The notes below the pieces were generated by a model that worked only from the letters and a program-made list of their open reading frames with translations, did no database searches and was not told where the DNA came from. Of a stretch of DNA of 64,000 nt, positions 8,816 to 17,966 are shown piece by piece. Origin of the DNA: Bacteroidales bacterium UBA6377 (GTDB lineage Bacteria; Bacteroidota; Bacteroidia; Bacteroidales; UBA932); contig DJQV01000019.1 of the NCBI GenBank assembly GCA_002438805.1, forward strand, positions 941-64,940, in the 5' to 3' direction. The position numbers and the translations under genes are program-made. Every line of letters starts with the position of its first letter. The first letter of the stretch is position 1.

Positions 8816-10081
8816 ATGGAAGAGAGGAACGAGACGGCTGAAGTGCTGGAGACGGCTTCGATTGCCGGACATATTCTCCTTGAGAACGGGGCTGAGATTT
8901 CCCGGGTAGAGGACACGATGGCGCGGATTTCGTCCCATTACGGAGTGGATTCAGGTCATTTTTTCGTGCTCAGCAATGGCATCTTCACGACCGGATCTTC
9001 TGGAAAATATGCCAATGTGGAGTTCATCCCGATTCGCGGCATACAGCTTTCCAAGGTGGTGGAGGTCAACAGTTTGAGTTACGAAATCGCGGCCGGCAAA
9101 TACACCCTGGCCCAGGCACGCAAGCATCTTGAGGCAATCCGGGACGGGGCCGGAAAACCTGCGTGGGAACAGATTGCCGGTTCTGCTTTCGGGGCTTCCG
9201 GGTTCTGTGCCGTTTTCGGCGGCGGCTTCATGGACTGCGCTGCGGCTTTCGTCGTGGGGGCGCTGCTGTATGTGTTTTCCATATTTGTCAGCGGCAAGTA
9301 TCTTTCAAAGATAGTCGGAGGTATCAGCAATGCACTGTTTGCTACACTTTTGTGCGTAGCCTCCTACAGGATCGGCTTCGGGGAAAGTCTGAGCAACATT
9401 ATAATAGGTGCGGTCATGCCGCTGATTCCCGGGGTGCCGTTTGTCAACGGGGTGAGGGATCTTGCAAACTCGGACTACATTGCCGGATTGACCCGCCTGA
9501 CCGATGCCATGCTGGGCTTCATCTGCATAGCACTCGGGGTGAGTATCGCTTTCGTCACGGATGGGGCCGTGTCCGGAGGGATGATTGAACTCTCCGGCAT
9601 GACCGTGAACCCGCAGACGGCAGGGTTGCTCTGGCAGATGCTGGCGGCGTTCGTGGGCACGCTGGCTTTCGCCGTGCTTTTCGGTGCTCCGCGCAAAGAG
9701 TATGTCGCTTCTGGACTCATCGGGGCCATTGGCTGGGGGCTATTTCTGGCAATGACCAGATATTGCCTTGTCGGGGCAACGGTGGCTATAGTCCTGTCCA
9801 CCATAGTGATCTGCATCCTGTCCCGCTACGTGGCGGTGCTGCACAAGTGCCCTAGCACGGTCTTCGTGCTGTGCGGCATCTTCCCTCTTGTCCCGGGGGC
9901 AGGGGTGTTCTGGTTCACCTACTACCTGCTGTCCAGCCAGTTTGCGCTCTCACTCTCCACCGGATTTGTGGCCGCCAAAGGGGCAATCGCCATTGTCCTC
10001 GGCATCATACTCGCCATGGAACTGCCGCAGCGGCTGTTTTCCCGCAAGGCCGTGACCACGCGGAGAACGTCCGGGTTATAG
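8816..10081 (+). CDS. Threonine/serine exporter family (fused ThrE + ThrE_2)
   Basis: LLENGAEISRVEDT, PLIPG and PLVPG repeats. Start moved to MEERN after a TATTTTTG box. Confidence 0.85.
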   Translation: MEERNETAEVLETASIAGHILLENGAEISRVEDTMARISSHYGVDSGHFFVLSNGIFTTGSSGKYANVEFIPIRGIQLSKVVEVNSLSYEIAAGKYTLAQARKHLEAIRDGAGKPAWEQIAGSAFGASGFCAVFGGGFMDCAAAFVVGALLYVFSIFVSGKYLSKIVGGISNALFATLLCVASYRIGFGESLSNIIIGAVMPLIPGVPFVNGVRDLANSDYIAGLTRLTDAMLGFICIALGVSIAFVTDGAVSGGMIELSGMTVNPQTAGLLWQMLAAFVGTLAFAVLFGAPRKEYVASGLIGAIGWGLFLAMTRYCLVGATVAIVLSTIVICILSRYVAVLHKCPSTVFVLCGIFPLVPGAGVFWFTYYLLSSQFALSLSTGFVAAKGAIAIVLGIILAMELPQRLFSRKAVTTRRTSGL

Positions 10082-10163
10082 CATCCGGTTTGGGACAAAA
10101 GCAAAACGGAAAGAAACAGTTGATTTGATGCAAATCCTCCCCGTTCCGTAACGAATATTTAAC

Positions 10164-10171
10164 TATATTTG
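10164..10171 (+). promoter_or_regulatory. -7 box of the hut operon
   Basis: TATATTTG about 27 bp upstream of the ATG at 10198. Confidence 0.55.
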
Positions 10172-10197
10172 GCCTGCTAACACATTTTTTGTCCTAT

Positions 10198-11922
10198 ATG
10201 AAGAGAATCGTCGAATGCGTGCCGAACTTCAGCGAAGGCCGCAACAAAGATGTAATCAACAAGATAGCCGCCGCCATCACCGGCGCCGCATCTCCCGTCA
10301 CAGGTGAAAAAGTCAAACTTCTCGACATCGACCCGGGCGAAGCCACCAACCGGACCGTGATAACCTTCGTCGGAAGTCCCGAAGCCGTCTGCGAGGCCGC
10401 GTTCCGCGGAGTGCAGAAAGCCCAGGAACTCATCGACATGAGACATCACCACGGGGCGCACCCCCGCTCCGGGGCCACAGACGTGCTGCCGCTCATTCCG
10501 GTGGCCGGCATCAGTCTGGAAGAATGCGCACAGCTCTCACGCGAGCTGTCCAGACGCATCAGCGAAGAGCTCGGCATACCATGCTACTGCTACGAGGCCG
10601 CAGCCTTCAGGCCTGAGCGAAAGAACCTGGCCGTCTGCCGGGCAGGAGAATACGAAGCGCTTCCCGAGAAGATGGCTGACCCCTCACGCAGGCCGGACTT
10701 CGGGCCTAAGGAGTACAACGATACCGTAGCCAAGTCCGGAGCCAGCAATGTCGGAGCCCGCAACTTCCTGATAGCCGTCAACTTCAACCTCAACACCACC
10801 TCCACCCGCCGCGCCATGGCAGTGGCCTTCGACGTACGCGAGAAGGGCCGCAAGGCACGCGAGGGCGGTTCGCTCACCGGCAAGGTGCTCAAGGACGCCG
10901 AGGGGAAGGACATCTGGATCCCCGGCACGCTCAAGGGTTGCAAGGCAATCGGCTGGTACATCGATGAATACGGCATCGCCCAGGTGTCGATGAACATCAC
11001 CGACATCGCCGCCACCCCGCTCCACAAGGCATTTGAGGAGGTATGCCGCGCCGCTCAGGCACGGGGCATGAGGGTCACCGGCACCGAGATTGTGGGCCTG
11101 GTGCCGAAAAGCGCACTTATCGATGCCGGCAAGTATTTTCTCGAGAAGCAGCAGCGCTCCACAGGCATATCCGAAGAGGAGATAATGAAGATAGCCGTCA
11201 AATCGATGGGCCTGGACGACCTCAAGCCGTTCAACCCGCATGAGAAAGTCATCGAATACCTCATGCGCGACGAGGCTGAAGAAGCCAGGAGGCACAGGCT
11301 CATCAGAATGGATCTCAAGGCGTTCGCCGAGGAGACAGCATCCGAATCCCCCGCCCCGGGAGGAGGATCCATCTCCGCTTACATGGGAGCCTTGGGAGCC
11401 GCACTGGGCACTATGGTGGCCAATCTCTCCGCAGGCAAGAGAGGCTGGGATGAGAGATGGAAAGAGTTCTCCGACTGGGCGGATGAAGGCCAGAAGGTGA
11501 TGAATGAACTCCTGGACCTCGTGGACGAGGACACCGCCGCCTTCGACAGGATCATGGAGGTGTTCAAGATGCCGAAAGGCAACGATGAGGAGAAGGCGGC
11601 ACGCGCAGCCGCCCTCGAAGCCGCGACCCTCTACGCCGCGCAGGTGCCGCTCCGCACCATGAAGACAGCACTAAAAGCACTCCCGATCGCCAAGGCCATG
11701 GCGGAGAAAGGCAACCCCGCCTCAGCGTCCGATGCCGGAGTAGGAGCCCTCGCAGCCACAGCGGCGATACGCGGAGCCCAGCTCAATGTGCGCATCAATT
11801 CGGCCGGACTCCAGGACAAGGAGGCAGCCGCAGAACTCAACGCCGAAGCCGATGCTCTCGCAGCTGAAGCCATGGAAATGCAAGATCAGATACTCGAAAT
11901 CGTCAACAGCCATATACAATGA
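10198..11922 (+). CDS. ftcd: Bifunctional glutamate formimidoyltransferase / formiminotetrahydrofolate cyclodeaminase
   Basis: VECVPNFSEGR, HHGAHPR, and C-terminal SPAPGGGS cyclodeaminase domain. Confidence 0.93.
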   Translation: MKRIVECVPNFSEGRNKDVINKIAAAITGAASPVTGEKVKLLDIDPGEATNRTVITFVGSPEAVCEAAFRGVQKAQELIDMRHHHGAHPRSGATDVLPLIPVAGISLEECAQLSRELSRRISEELGIPCYCYEAAAFRPERKNLAVCRAGEYEALPEKMADPSRRPDFGPKEYNDTVAKSGASNVGARNFLIAVNFNLNTTSTRRAMAVAFDVREKGRKAREGGSLTGKVLKDAEGKDIWIPGTLKGCKAIGWYIDEYGIAQVSMNITDIAATPLHKAFEEVCRAAQARGMRVTGTEIVGLVPKSALIDAGKYFLEKQQRSTGISEEEIMKIAVKSMGLDDLKPFNPHEKVIEYLMRDEAEEARRHRLIRMDLKAFAEETASESPAPGGGSISAYMGALGAALGTMVANLSAGKRGWDERWKEFSDWADEGQKVMNELLDLVDEDTAAFDRIMEVFKMPKGNDEEKAARAAALEAATLYAAQVPLRTMKTALKALPIAKAMAEKGNPASASDAGVGALAATAAIRGAQLNVRINSAGLQDKEAAAELNAEADALAAEAMEMQDQILEIVNSHIQ

Positions 11923-13970
11923 ACAGCCCCGACCACCATCATCTGAGCTGGCAGGAGGAGATACTTGAAGGCATCCCGTCCTACCTGCCTGAAGCCAAAC
12001 CATACGCCCCCCTGATCAATCACGCCCCGAAGCGCAAGGACATCCTGAGCCGCAAGGAAAAGGCCCTCGCGCTCAAGAACGCCCTCCGCTACTTCCCCGA
12101 GGAACTCCACCCCGTGCTGGCCTCGGAGTTCGCGGCGGAACTTCGTGACTACGGCCGCATATACATGTACCGCTACCGCCCCTCAAACGAGATTCTGGCC
12201 CGTCCTATAGACCAGTACCCTGCACGGAGCCGTCAGGCGGCGGCCATTATGGCCATGATACAGAACAACCTCGACCCGCGCGTGGCCCAGCACCCTCACG
12301 AGCTGATAACCTACGGAGGCAACGGATCCGTCTTCCAGAACTGGGCGCAGTACCGCCTTACGATGCAGTATCTCGCACAGATGACTGACGAGCAGACGCT
12401 TTCGATGTACTCGGGCCTGCCGCTCGGACTTTTCCCGAGCCACAAGGACGCACCTCGCGTGGTGGTGACCAACGGCATGGTGATCCCCAACTACTCCAGC
12501 CGCGACGACTACGAGAGGTTCAACGCCCTCGGCGTATCACAGTACGGCCAGATGACCGCAGGCTCCTATATGTATATAGGTCCGCAGGGCATCGTGCACG
12601 GCACCACAATCACAGTGATGAACGCCGCCAGGATGCAGCTCCGCAAGCGCGGGCTGGAAGGCACGGCGGAGCAGATGCGTGGAACGCTCTTTGTCACCGC
12701 AGGTCTCGGAGGTATGTCCGGCGCGCAGCCCAAGGCCGGCGACATCGCCGGAGTAGTGAGCATCACGGCGGAAATCAACCCGCTGGCGGCACGCAAGCGC
12801 TATGACCAGGGTTGGGTTGACGAGCTGTACGAAGACCTGGATGAACTCATACCGCGCATACGCAAGGCCGTGCAGGACAAGGAGGTCGTATCATTGGCCT
12901 ACATCGGCAATGTAGTTGACCTCTGGGAAAGGCTTACAGATGAAGGCATCAAGGTTGACCTCGGTTCAGACCAGACCTCCCTGCACAACCCGTGGGCCGG
13001 GGGCTACTACCCGGCAGGGCTGAGCTTCGAAGAGGCCAAGCGGATGATGGCTGACGACCCGGAGGCGTTCAAACAGGCCGTACAGGCTTCACTGAGGCGT
13101 CAGGTAGCAGCGATCAACAGACTTACAGCCAAGGGGATGTATTTCTTCGACTACGGCAACGCCTTCCTTCTGGAGAGCTCCCGCGCCGGAGCGGACATCC
13201 TGAGGGAAGACGGATCTTTCCGCTACCCTTCTTACGTGGAAGACATCATGGGCCCGCTCTACTTCGACTACGGCTTCGGCCCGTTCCGCTGGGTCTGCAT
13301 GTCTGAAGATCCGCAGGATCTCGCCAAGACAGATGCTCTCGCTGTCAATGTGCTGAAAAAACTCGCCGGACAGGCCCCTGATGAGATCCGGAGCCAGATG
13401 CAGGACAACATCCACTGGATCGAGGAAGCCGGCAGGAACCATCTTGTGGTGGGCTCACAGGCCAGGATTCTCTACGCCGACTGCCTTGGACGCACACAGA
13501 TAGCCCTCGCGTTCAACGATGCCATCCGCAGCGGTGAGATCAGCGCCCCGATAGTGCTGGGCCGCGACCACCACGACGTCTCCGGCACGGACTCCCCTTT
13601 CAGGGAAACATCCAACATCTATGACGGCTCGCGCTACACCGCCGACATGGCTGTGCAGAACGTCATCGGCGACTCTTTCCGCGGCGCCACCTGGGTGTCC
13701 ATCCACAACGGAGGCGGAGTCGGCTGGGGAGAAGTGATCAACGGAGGATTCGGGATGGTCATAGACGGCTCCGATGACTCCGCGCGGCACATACGGCAGA
13801 TGCTTTTCTGGGATGTCAACAACGGCATAGCGCGCCGCAGCTGGGCCCGCAACAGCGGCGCCGTCAGCGCCATCCTCAGAGAGATGCAGCGCACTCCGCA
13901 ACTTAAAGTAACGATGCCTGTAACAGCAGACGACACACTTATAAACAATGCTTTAGACTCAGAACTATGA
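11919..13970 (+). CDS. hutU: Urocanate hydratase (long, eukaryote-like type)
   Basis: YGQMTAGSYMYIGPQGIVHGT, GLGGMSGAQP, GRDHHD, HNGGGVGWG. Confidence 0.96.
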   Translation: MNSPDHHHLSWQEEILEGIPSYLPEAKPYAPLINHAPKRKDILSRKEKALALKNALRYFPEELHPVLASEFAAELRDYGRIYMYRYRPSNEILARPIDQYPARSRQAAAIMAMIQNNLDPRVAQHPHELITYGGNGSVFQNWAQYRLTMQYLAQMTDEQTLSMYSGLPLGLFPSHKDAPRVVVTNGMVIPNYSSRDDYERFNALGVSQYGQMTAGSYMYIGPQGIVHGTTITVMNAARMQLRKRGLEGTAEQMRGTLFVTAGLGGMSGAQPKAGDIAGVVSITAEINPLAARKRYDQGWVDELYEDLDELIPRIRKAVQDKEVVSLAYIGNVVDLWERLTDEGIKVDLGSDQTSLHNPWAGGYYPAGLSFEEAKRMMADDPEAFKQAVQASLRRQVAAINRLTAKGMYFFDYGNAFLLESSRAGADILREDGSFRYPSYVEDIMGPLYFDYGFGPFRWVCMSEDPQDLAKTDALAVNVLKKLAGQAPDEIRSQMQDNIHWIEEAGRNHLVVGSQARILYADCLGRTQIALAFNDAIRSGEISAPIVLGRDHHDVSGTDSPFRETSNIYDGSRYTADMAVQNVIGDSFRGATWVSIHNGGGVGWGEVINGGFGMVIDGSDDSARHIRQMLFWDVNNGIARRSWARNSGAVSAILREMQRTPQLKVTMPVTADDTLINNALDSEL

Positions 13971-15463
13971 CACATCACATTTCACCGGAACACATCACCC
14001 TCGACAAGGTAAAGGAAATAATCGACAGCCGCGCACAGCTCGCCCTGTCAGAAGAGTCCGTTGTGGCGATAGAAAAATGCCGCCGCTACCTTGACACCAA
14101 GATGGAGGACATCGGCCGGCCGGTCTACGGAGTGACCACAGGCTTCGGCTCACTGTGCAATGTCACGATTCCAGAGGACAAGCTTTCCCAGCTCCAGTAC
14201 AACCTGGTAGTATCCCACGCCTGCGGCTCGGGTGAGACCGTACGCCCGGAGATAGTCAGGCTGATGCTTCTCCTGAAGATACAGTCCCTCTCATACGGCC
14301 ACTCCGGCGCCCAGCTCGCCACAGTGCAGCGGCTCATCGACATGTTCAACCACGACATCCTCCCAGTAGTCTACCAGCACGGCTCGCTCGGCGCCTCCGG
14401 AGATCTCGCACCTCTTGCACACCTGTCCCTGCCGTTGCTGGGACTTGGAGAAGTACTCTACAAGGGCAAGATCCGCCCGAGCGCTGAAGTCGCCTCAGAA
14501 TTCGGCTGGCAGCCGATCACCCTCCAGTCCAAAGAGGGGCTGGCCCTGCTCAACGGCACCCAGTTCATGAGCGCGCACGCAGTGTGGAGCCTGCTGAAAG
14601 CAAAACGCCTCTCCAGATGGGCTGACTACATCGGAGCCATCTCTCTGGACGCATACGATGGGCGCATAGAGCCTTTCTATGCCCTCACCCACCGGCTCCG
14701 CCCGCACCGGGGACAGATCGAGACAGGAGACAGGTTCATGCATCTGCTTGAGGGAAGCGAACTTATACGTCGCGACAAAGTCCATGTACAGGACCCTTAC
14801 TCGTTCCGCTGCATCCCTCAGGTACACGGGGCGGTCAAAGACTGCATACGCTATGTGGAATCAGTCATCGAGACGGAGATCAACAGCACAACCGACAACC
14901 CCAACGTCTTCCCGGACGAGGACATGATCATCTCGGCAGGCAACTTCCACGGCGAGCCGATAGCCCTGCCTATGGATTCTCTGGCCGTGGCAATGTCAGA
15001 ACTCGCCAGCATCTCCGAGCGCCGCACCTACCGCCTAATCTCGGGCCAGAGAGGACTCCCCGCATTTCTGGTGGCCAGGCCGGGGCTCAACAGCGGATTC
15101 ATGATCCCCCAGTACACGGCCGCATCCATAGTCAGCCAGAACAAAGGCCTATGCTGGCCGGCTTCCTGCGACTCCATCCCGTCATCCCAGGGGCAGGAAG
15201 ACCACGTGAGCATGGGCTCCAACTCCGCCACCAAACTTGTCCGGATCATGGACAACGTGGAAGAAGTGCTGGGAATCGAACTCCTCAACGCCACTCAGGC
15301 ACTTGAGTTCCGCCGCCCAGCCAAAACTTCAGCGGTACTTGAGAAAATAGTGGAGGAATACCGCAGGCAGGTCCCGTTCGTGGACGACGACAGCTATCTT
15401 CATCCGCTCATCCAGAAATCAATAGACTTCCTGCGCAATGAAGACCTTATTCGTCAATATTAA
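13967..15463 (+). CDS. hutH: Histidine ammonia-lyase
   Basis: YGVTTGFG, GASGDLAPL (MIO Ala-Ser-Gly), QDPYSFRC, QEDHVSMG. Confidence 0.97.
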   Translation: MTHHISPEHITLDKVKEIIDSRAQLALSEESVVAIEKCRRYLDTKMEDIGRPVYGVTTGFGSLCNVTIPEDKLSQLQYNLVVSHACGSGETVRPEIVRLMLLLKIQSLSYGHSGAQLATVQRLIDMFNHDILPVVYQHGSLGASGDLAPLAHLSLPLLGLGEVLYKGKIRPSAEVASEFGWQPITLQSKEGLALLNGTQFMSAHAVWSLLKAKRLSRWADYIGAISLDAYDGRIEPFYALTHRLRPHRGQIETGDRFMHLLEGSELIRRDKVHVQDPYSFRCIPQVHGAVKDCIRYVESVIETEINSTTDNPNVFPDEDMIISAGNFHGEPIALPMDSLAVAMSELASISERRTYRLISGQRGLPAFLVARPGLNSGFMIPQYTAASIVSQNKGLCWPASCDSIPSSQGQEDHVSMGSNSATKLVRIMDNVEEVLGIELLNATQALEFRRPAKTSAVLEKIVEEYRRQVPFVDDDSYLHPLIQKSIDFLRNEDLIRQY

Positions 15464-16676
15464 AGAACTGACTGGCATCACCCCCGCCGGCACCCTGCGC
15501 CTGCAGGGGGATGAGATGTCCCGTACCGGAAGCATCCACAATGCCTGGCTCAGCATGGACGGAGAGTTCATCTCCGGTTTCGGGCCCATGTCCGGCTGTC
15601 CGAAAGGGCATTTCGACTTCAGGGTGGACGCATCCGGATGCATGATGCTGCCTTCGTTCTGCGACTCCCACAGCCACATAGTCTATGCCGGCTCGCGTGA
15701 GGAGGAATTCATCGACAAGATCAACGGTCTCAGTTACGAGGAGATAGCCGCACGAGGCGGCGGAATCCTCAACTCTGCCGACCTTCTGCACTCCACCGAT
15801 GAGGACTCTCTCTACCGCCAGAGCCTTGAAAGGGTCAAGGAGATGATGGAGAAAGGAAGCGGAGCCATAGAGATAAAGAGCGGCTACGGCCTTACAGTCG
15901 AGGACGAGCTCAAGATGCTGCGCGTTATAAGGCGCATAAGGGAGAGCGTCCCGGCTGTGATACGCGCCACTTTCCTCGGCGCCCACGCGGTAGGCCGGGA
16001 TTTCTCCGGATGCAAGGATGACTATGTCTCACTGATAATCAGGGAGATGATTCCGCGTGTGGCGGAGGAGGGACTGGCGGAGTTCATAGACGTTTTCTGC
16101 GACGACGGCTTCTTCAGCCCGGAGGACATGGATCTGATCCTCACGGCAGGAGAACGCTTCGGACTGCGCGGCAAGGTACACATTGACGAGATAGCTGTCA
16201 TCGGAGGCATGCACGTGGCTCTTAAGCACAAGGTTCTTTCTGTTGACCATCTGGAACATACATCAGAGGTGGGAATGGCCCTCCTGCGGGACAGCGAGAC
16301 CATGCCGACAATGCTCCCGGGTTCTTCGTTTTTCCTCGGACTCCCCTACGCCCGCGCACGGGACTTCATAGCGGGCGGTCTCGGCATCGCCCTGGCAAGC
16401 GACTTCAACCCAGGCTCCTCCCCGTCAGGTGACATGCGCATGGTGATGGCGCAGGCCTGCATCAAGATGCGGCTTACCCCGGTGCAGGCGCTCAACGCCT
16501 GCACCATCAACGGGGCTTACGCCATGGGGGTCAGTGACATCTGCGGTTCAGTTGAAGTCGGCAAGCTCGCCAACCTCATACTGACACGCCCCATACCGTC
16601 GCTGGGCTTCATCCCCTACTGCTACTCAACCCCGTTCATAAGGACCCATTACATCAAGGGGAAGCCTCTGGAATGA
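15438..16676 (+). CDS. hutI: Imidazolonepropionase
   Basis: DSHSH, EIKSGYGL, DVFCD, ASDFNPGS. Confidence 0.95.
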   Translation: MKTLFVNIKELTGITPAGTLRLQGDEMSRTGSIHNAWLSMDGEFISGFGPMSGCPKGHFDFRVDASGCMMLPSFCDSHSHIVYAGSREEEFIDKINGLSYEEIAARGGGILNSADLLHSTDEDSLYRQSLERVKEMMEKGSGAIEIKSGYGLTVEDELKMLRVIRRIRESVPAVIRATFLGAHAVGRDFSGCKDDYVSLIIREMIPRVAEEGLAEFIDVFCDDGFFSPEDMDLILTAGERFGLRGKVHIDEIAVIGGMHVALKHKVLSVDHLEHTSEVGMALLRDSETMPTMLPGSSFFLGLPYARARDFIAGGLGIALASDFNPGSSPSGDMRMVMAQACIKMRLTPVQALNACTINGAYAMGVSDICGSVEVGKLANLILTRPIPSLGFIPYCYSTPFIRTHYIKGKPLE

Positions 16677-16703
16677 TCAAGGGGCCGCTTGACGGCCCCT
16701 TGA
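16677..16703. terminator. Hairpin between convergent hutI and CE15, probably a bidirectional terminator
   Basis: tcaaggggccg-cttga-cggccccttga, 11-bp stem. Confidence 0.75.
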
Positions 16704-16707
16704 AACT

Positions 16708-17934
16708 TCAGTATTTTATCCAGCGTGAGAGATCCACGTCCTGAAACATCGGGGCTTTCATCACCACCGTCGGGACATCTTTCCCGAGCAGGAAACGGTC
16801 GATGAAAGCCTCTACTTCCGGATACTGTGACTCCGGCAGGAGACAGTGCGGATGTCCGCCCTCTATGGACCAGCCCATACGGTCAGCTATCCCGAAGCGC
16901 TCCCAGACCTTGCGGGCGGCGTTGGCGGAGACATATCCGGATTCGTCCGCAAGCCACTGATAATCAGTGTTTCCGAGCAGAAGAAGAGCACGCGGACACA
17001 CCATCGCGCAGAGTTCGTGCCGGTCATAAGGGATGTTCCACACCTTCTCTCCGGAGAAAGTGTCGCGGAAGCTTTCGAGGAACCAGTTGTAGTCTGTCTT
17101 CTCCAGACTCTCCACATCCTTAAGCGTGTGTGAGACACGCCACGCGGCAGCACCGCCGCCGCCAGGCTCCTGGGCTATGGTCAGAGCCACCCTCTCATCG
17201 AACGCTCCGCAGAAAAGGGCCATCTTGCCGGCATAGGAGCAGCCGGTCACCCCGATATGCCGTGTGTCTATACGGGTCTTCTCTGGCCCGAGCTGGCACA
17301 GCCCGTCTATAAGGCGGCTCAAGCCCCAGGCCCACTCGATATAGGCCCCGTTCTCCTTGAGATCCGGATAGAGGCGGTCGAACTCGAATTCCCCGCGGCT
17401 GCCGTGCGGCCCCCACTGGGTGTAGTTGTTGACCTGTTTCTCGTTGAACACCATCAGCGCCACAGGCCTGTCCTCGAAAAGGCTGTGCGGCAGGGACATC
17501 ACGCTCGTGCCGATCATCACCGGGAACGGTCCTTCCCCGCTCTCGGGATATGCGATGTACGAGCTGAGGGTCAAGGTCTCACTCCCGACTTTGACATCGA
17601 CATAAAGGGTGTCACCGCTCATCCTGGCACTTACATCCCCCGGAGGGACTGCCGGCTTGAGCCCCGTCTCGTAGTACTGGATCATGGAGGAAATCTCCGC
17701 GCGGCGTTTCTCCCAGTCGCGGAAGTTCTTCACCTCTCCTCGTCCTGAAGCCCAGGCAAAGGGGTTCGGAAGGCTTTCCTGCGGCGTCTCAAGTCCTGAA
17801 GGACTCATCTGAGCCGCCTTGAATGAACTGAGGGTGTTTTCCTTGTCATAGACAAGCGGTGGTTCTGCCTCACCGCAGGCGAGTACGGCCATGGCGAGGC
17901 CGAGGCACAAAAGGATTTTTGTTGCTGTGGTCAT
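16708..17934 (-). CDS. Carbohydrate esterase family 15 (glucuronoyl esterase-like) lipoprotein
   Basis: VLAC lipobox, WAWGLSRLIDGL, GVTGCSYAGK nucleophile loop, QEPGGGG, GGHPHC. Confidence 0.85.
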   Translation of the reverse strand: MTTATKILLCLGLAMAVLACGEAEPPLVYDKENTLSSFKAAQMSPSGLETPQESLPNPFAWASGRGEVKNFRDWEKRRAEISSMIQYYETGLKPAVPPGDVSARMSGDTLYVDVKVGSETLTLSSYIAYPESGEGPFPVMIGTSVMSLPHSLFEDRPVALMVFNEKQVNNYTQWGPHGSRGEFEFDRLYPDLKENGAYIEWAWGLSRLIDGLCQLGPEKTRIDTRHIGVTGCSYAGKMALFCGAFDERVALTIAQEPGGGGAAAWRVSHTLKDVESLEKTDYNWFLESFRDTFSGEKVWNIPYDRHELCAMVCPRALLLLGNTDYQWLADESGYVSANAARKVWERFGIADRMGWSIEGGHPHCLLPESQYPEVEAFIDRFLLGKDVPTVVMKAPMFQDVDLSRWIKY

Positions 17935-17966
17935 GATTGGATAATTTTTCCACAATATAACAATTT

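Noticed and set aside
10198..11922. Fused FTCD as a sign of eukaryotic gene transfer
   Set aside because: Fused formiminotransferase-cyclodeaminases and long urocanases occur in many anaerobic bacteria, and composition matches the host.
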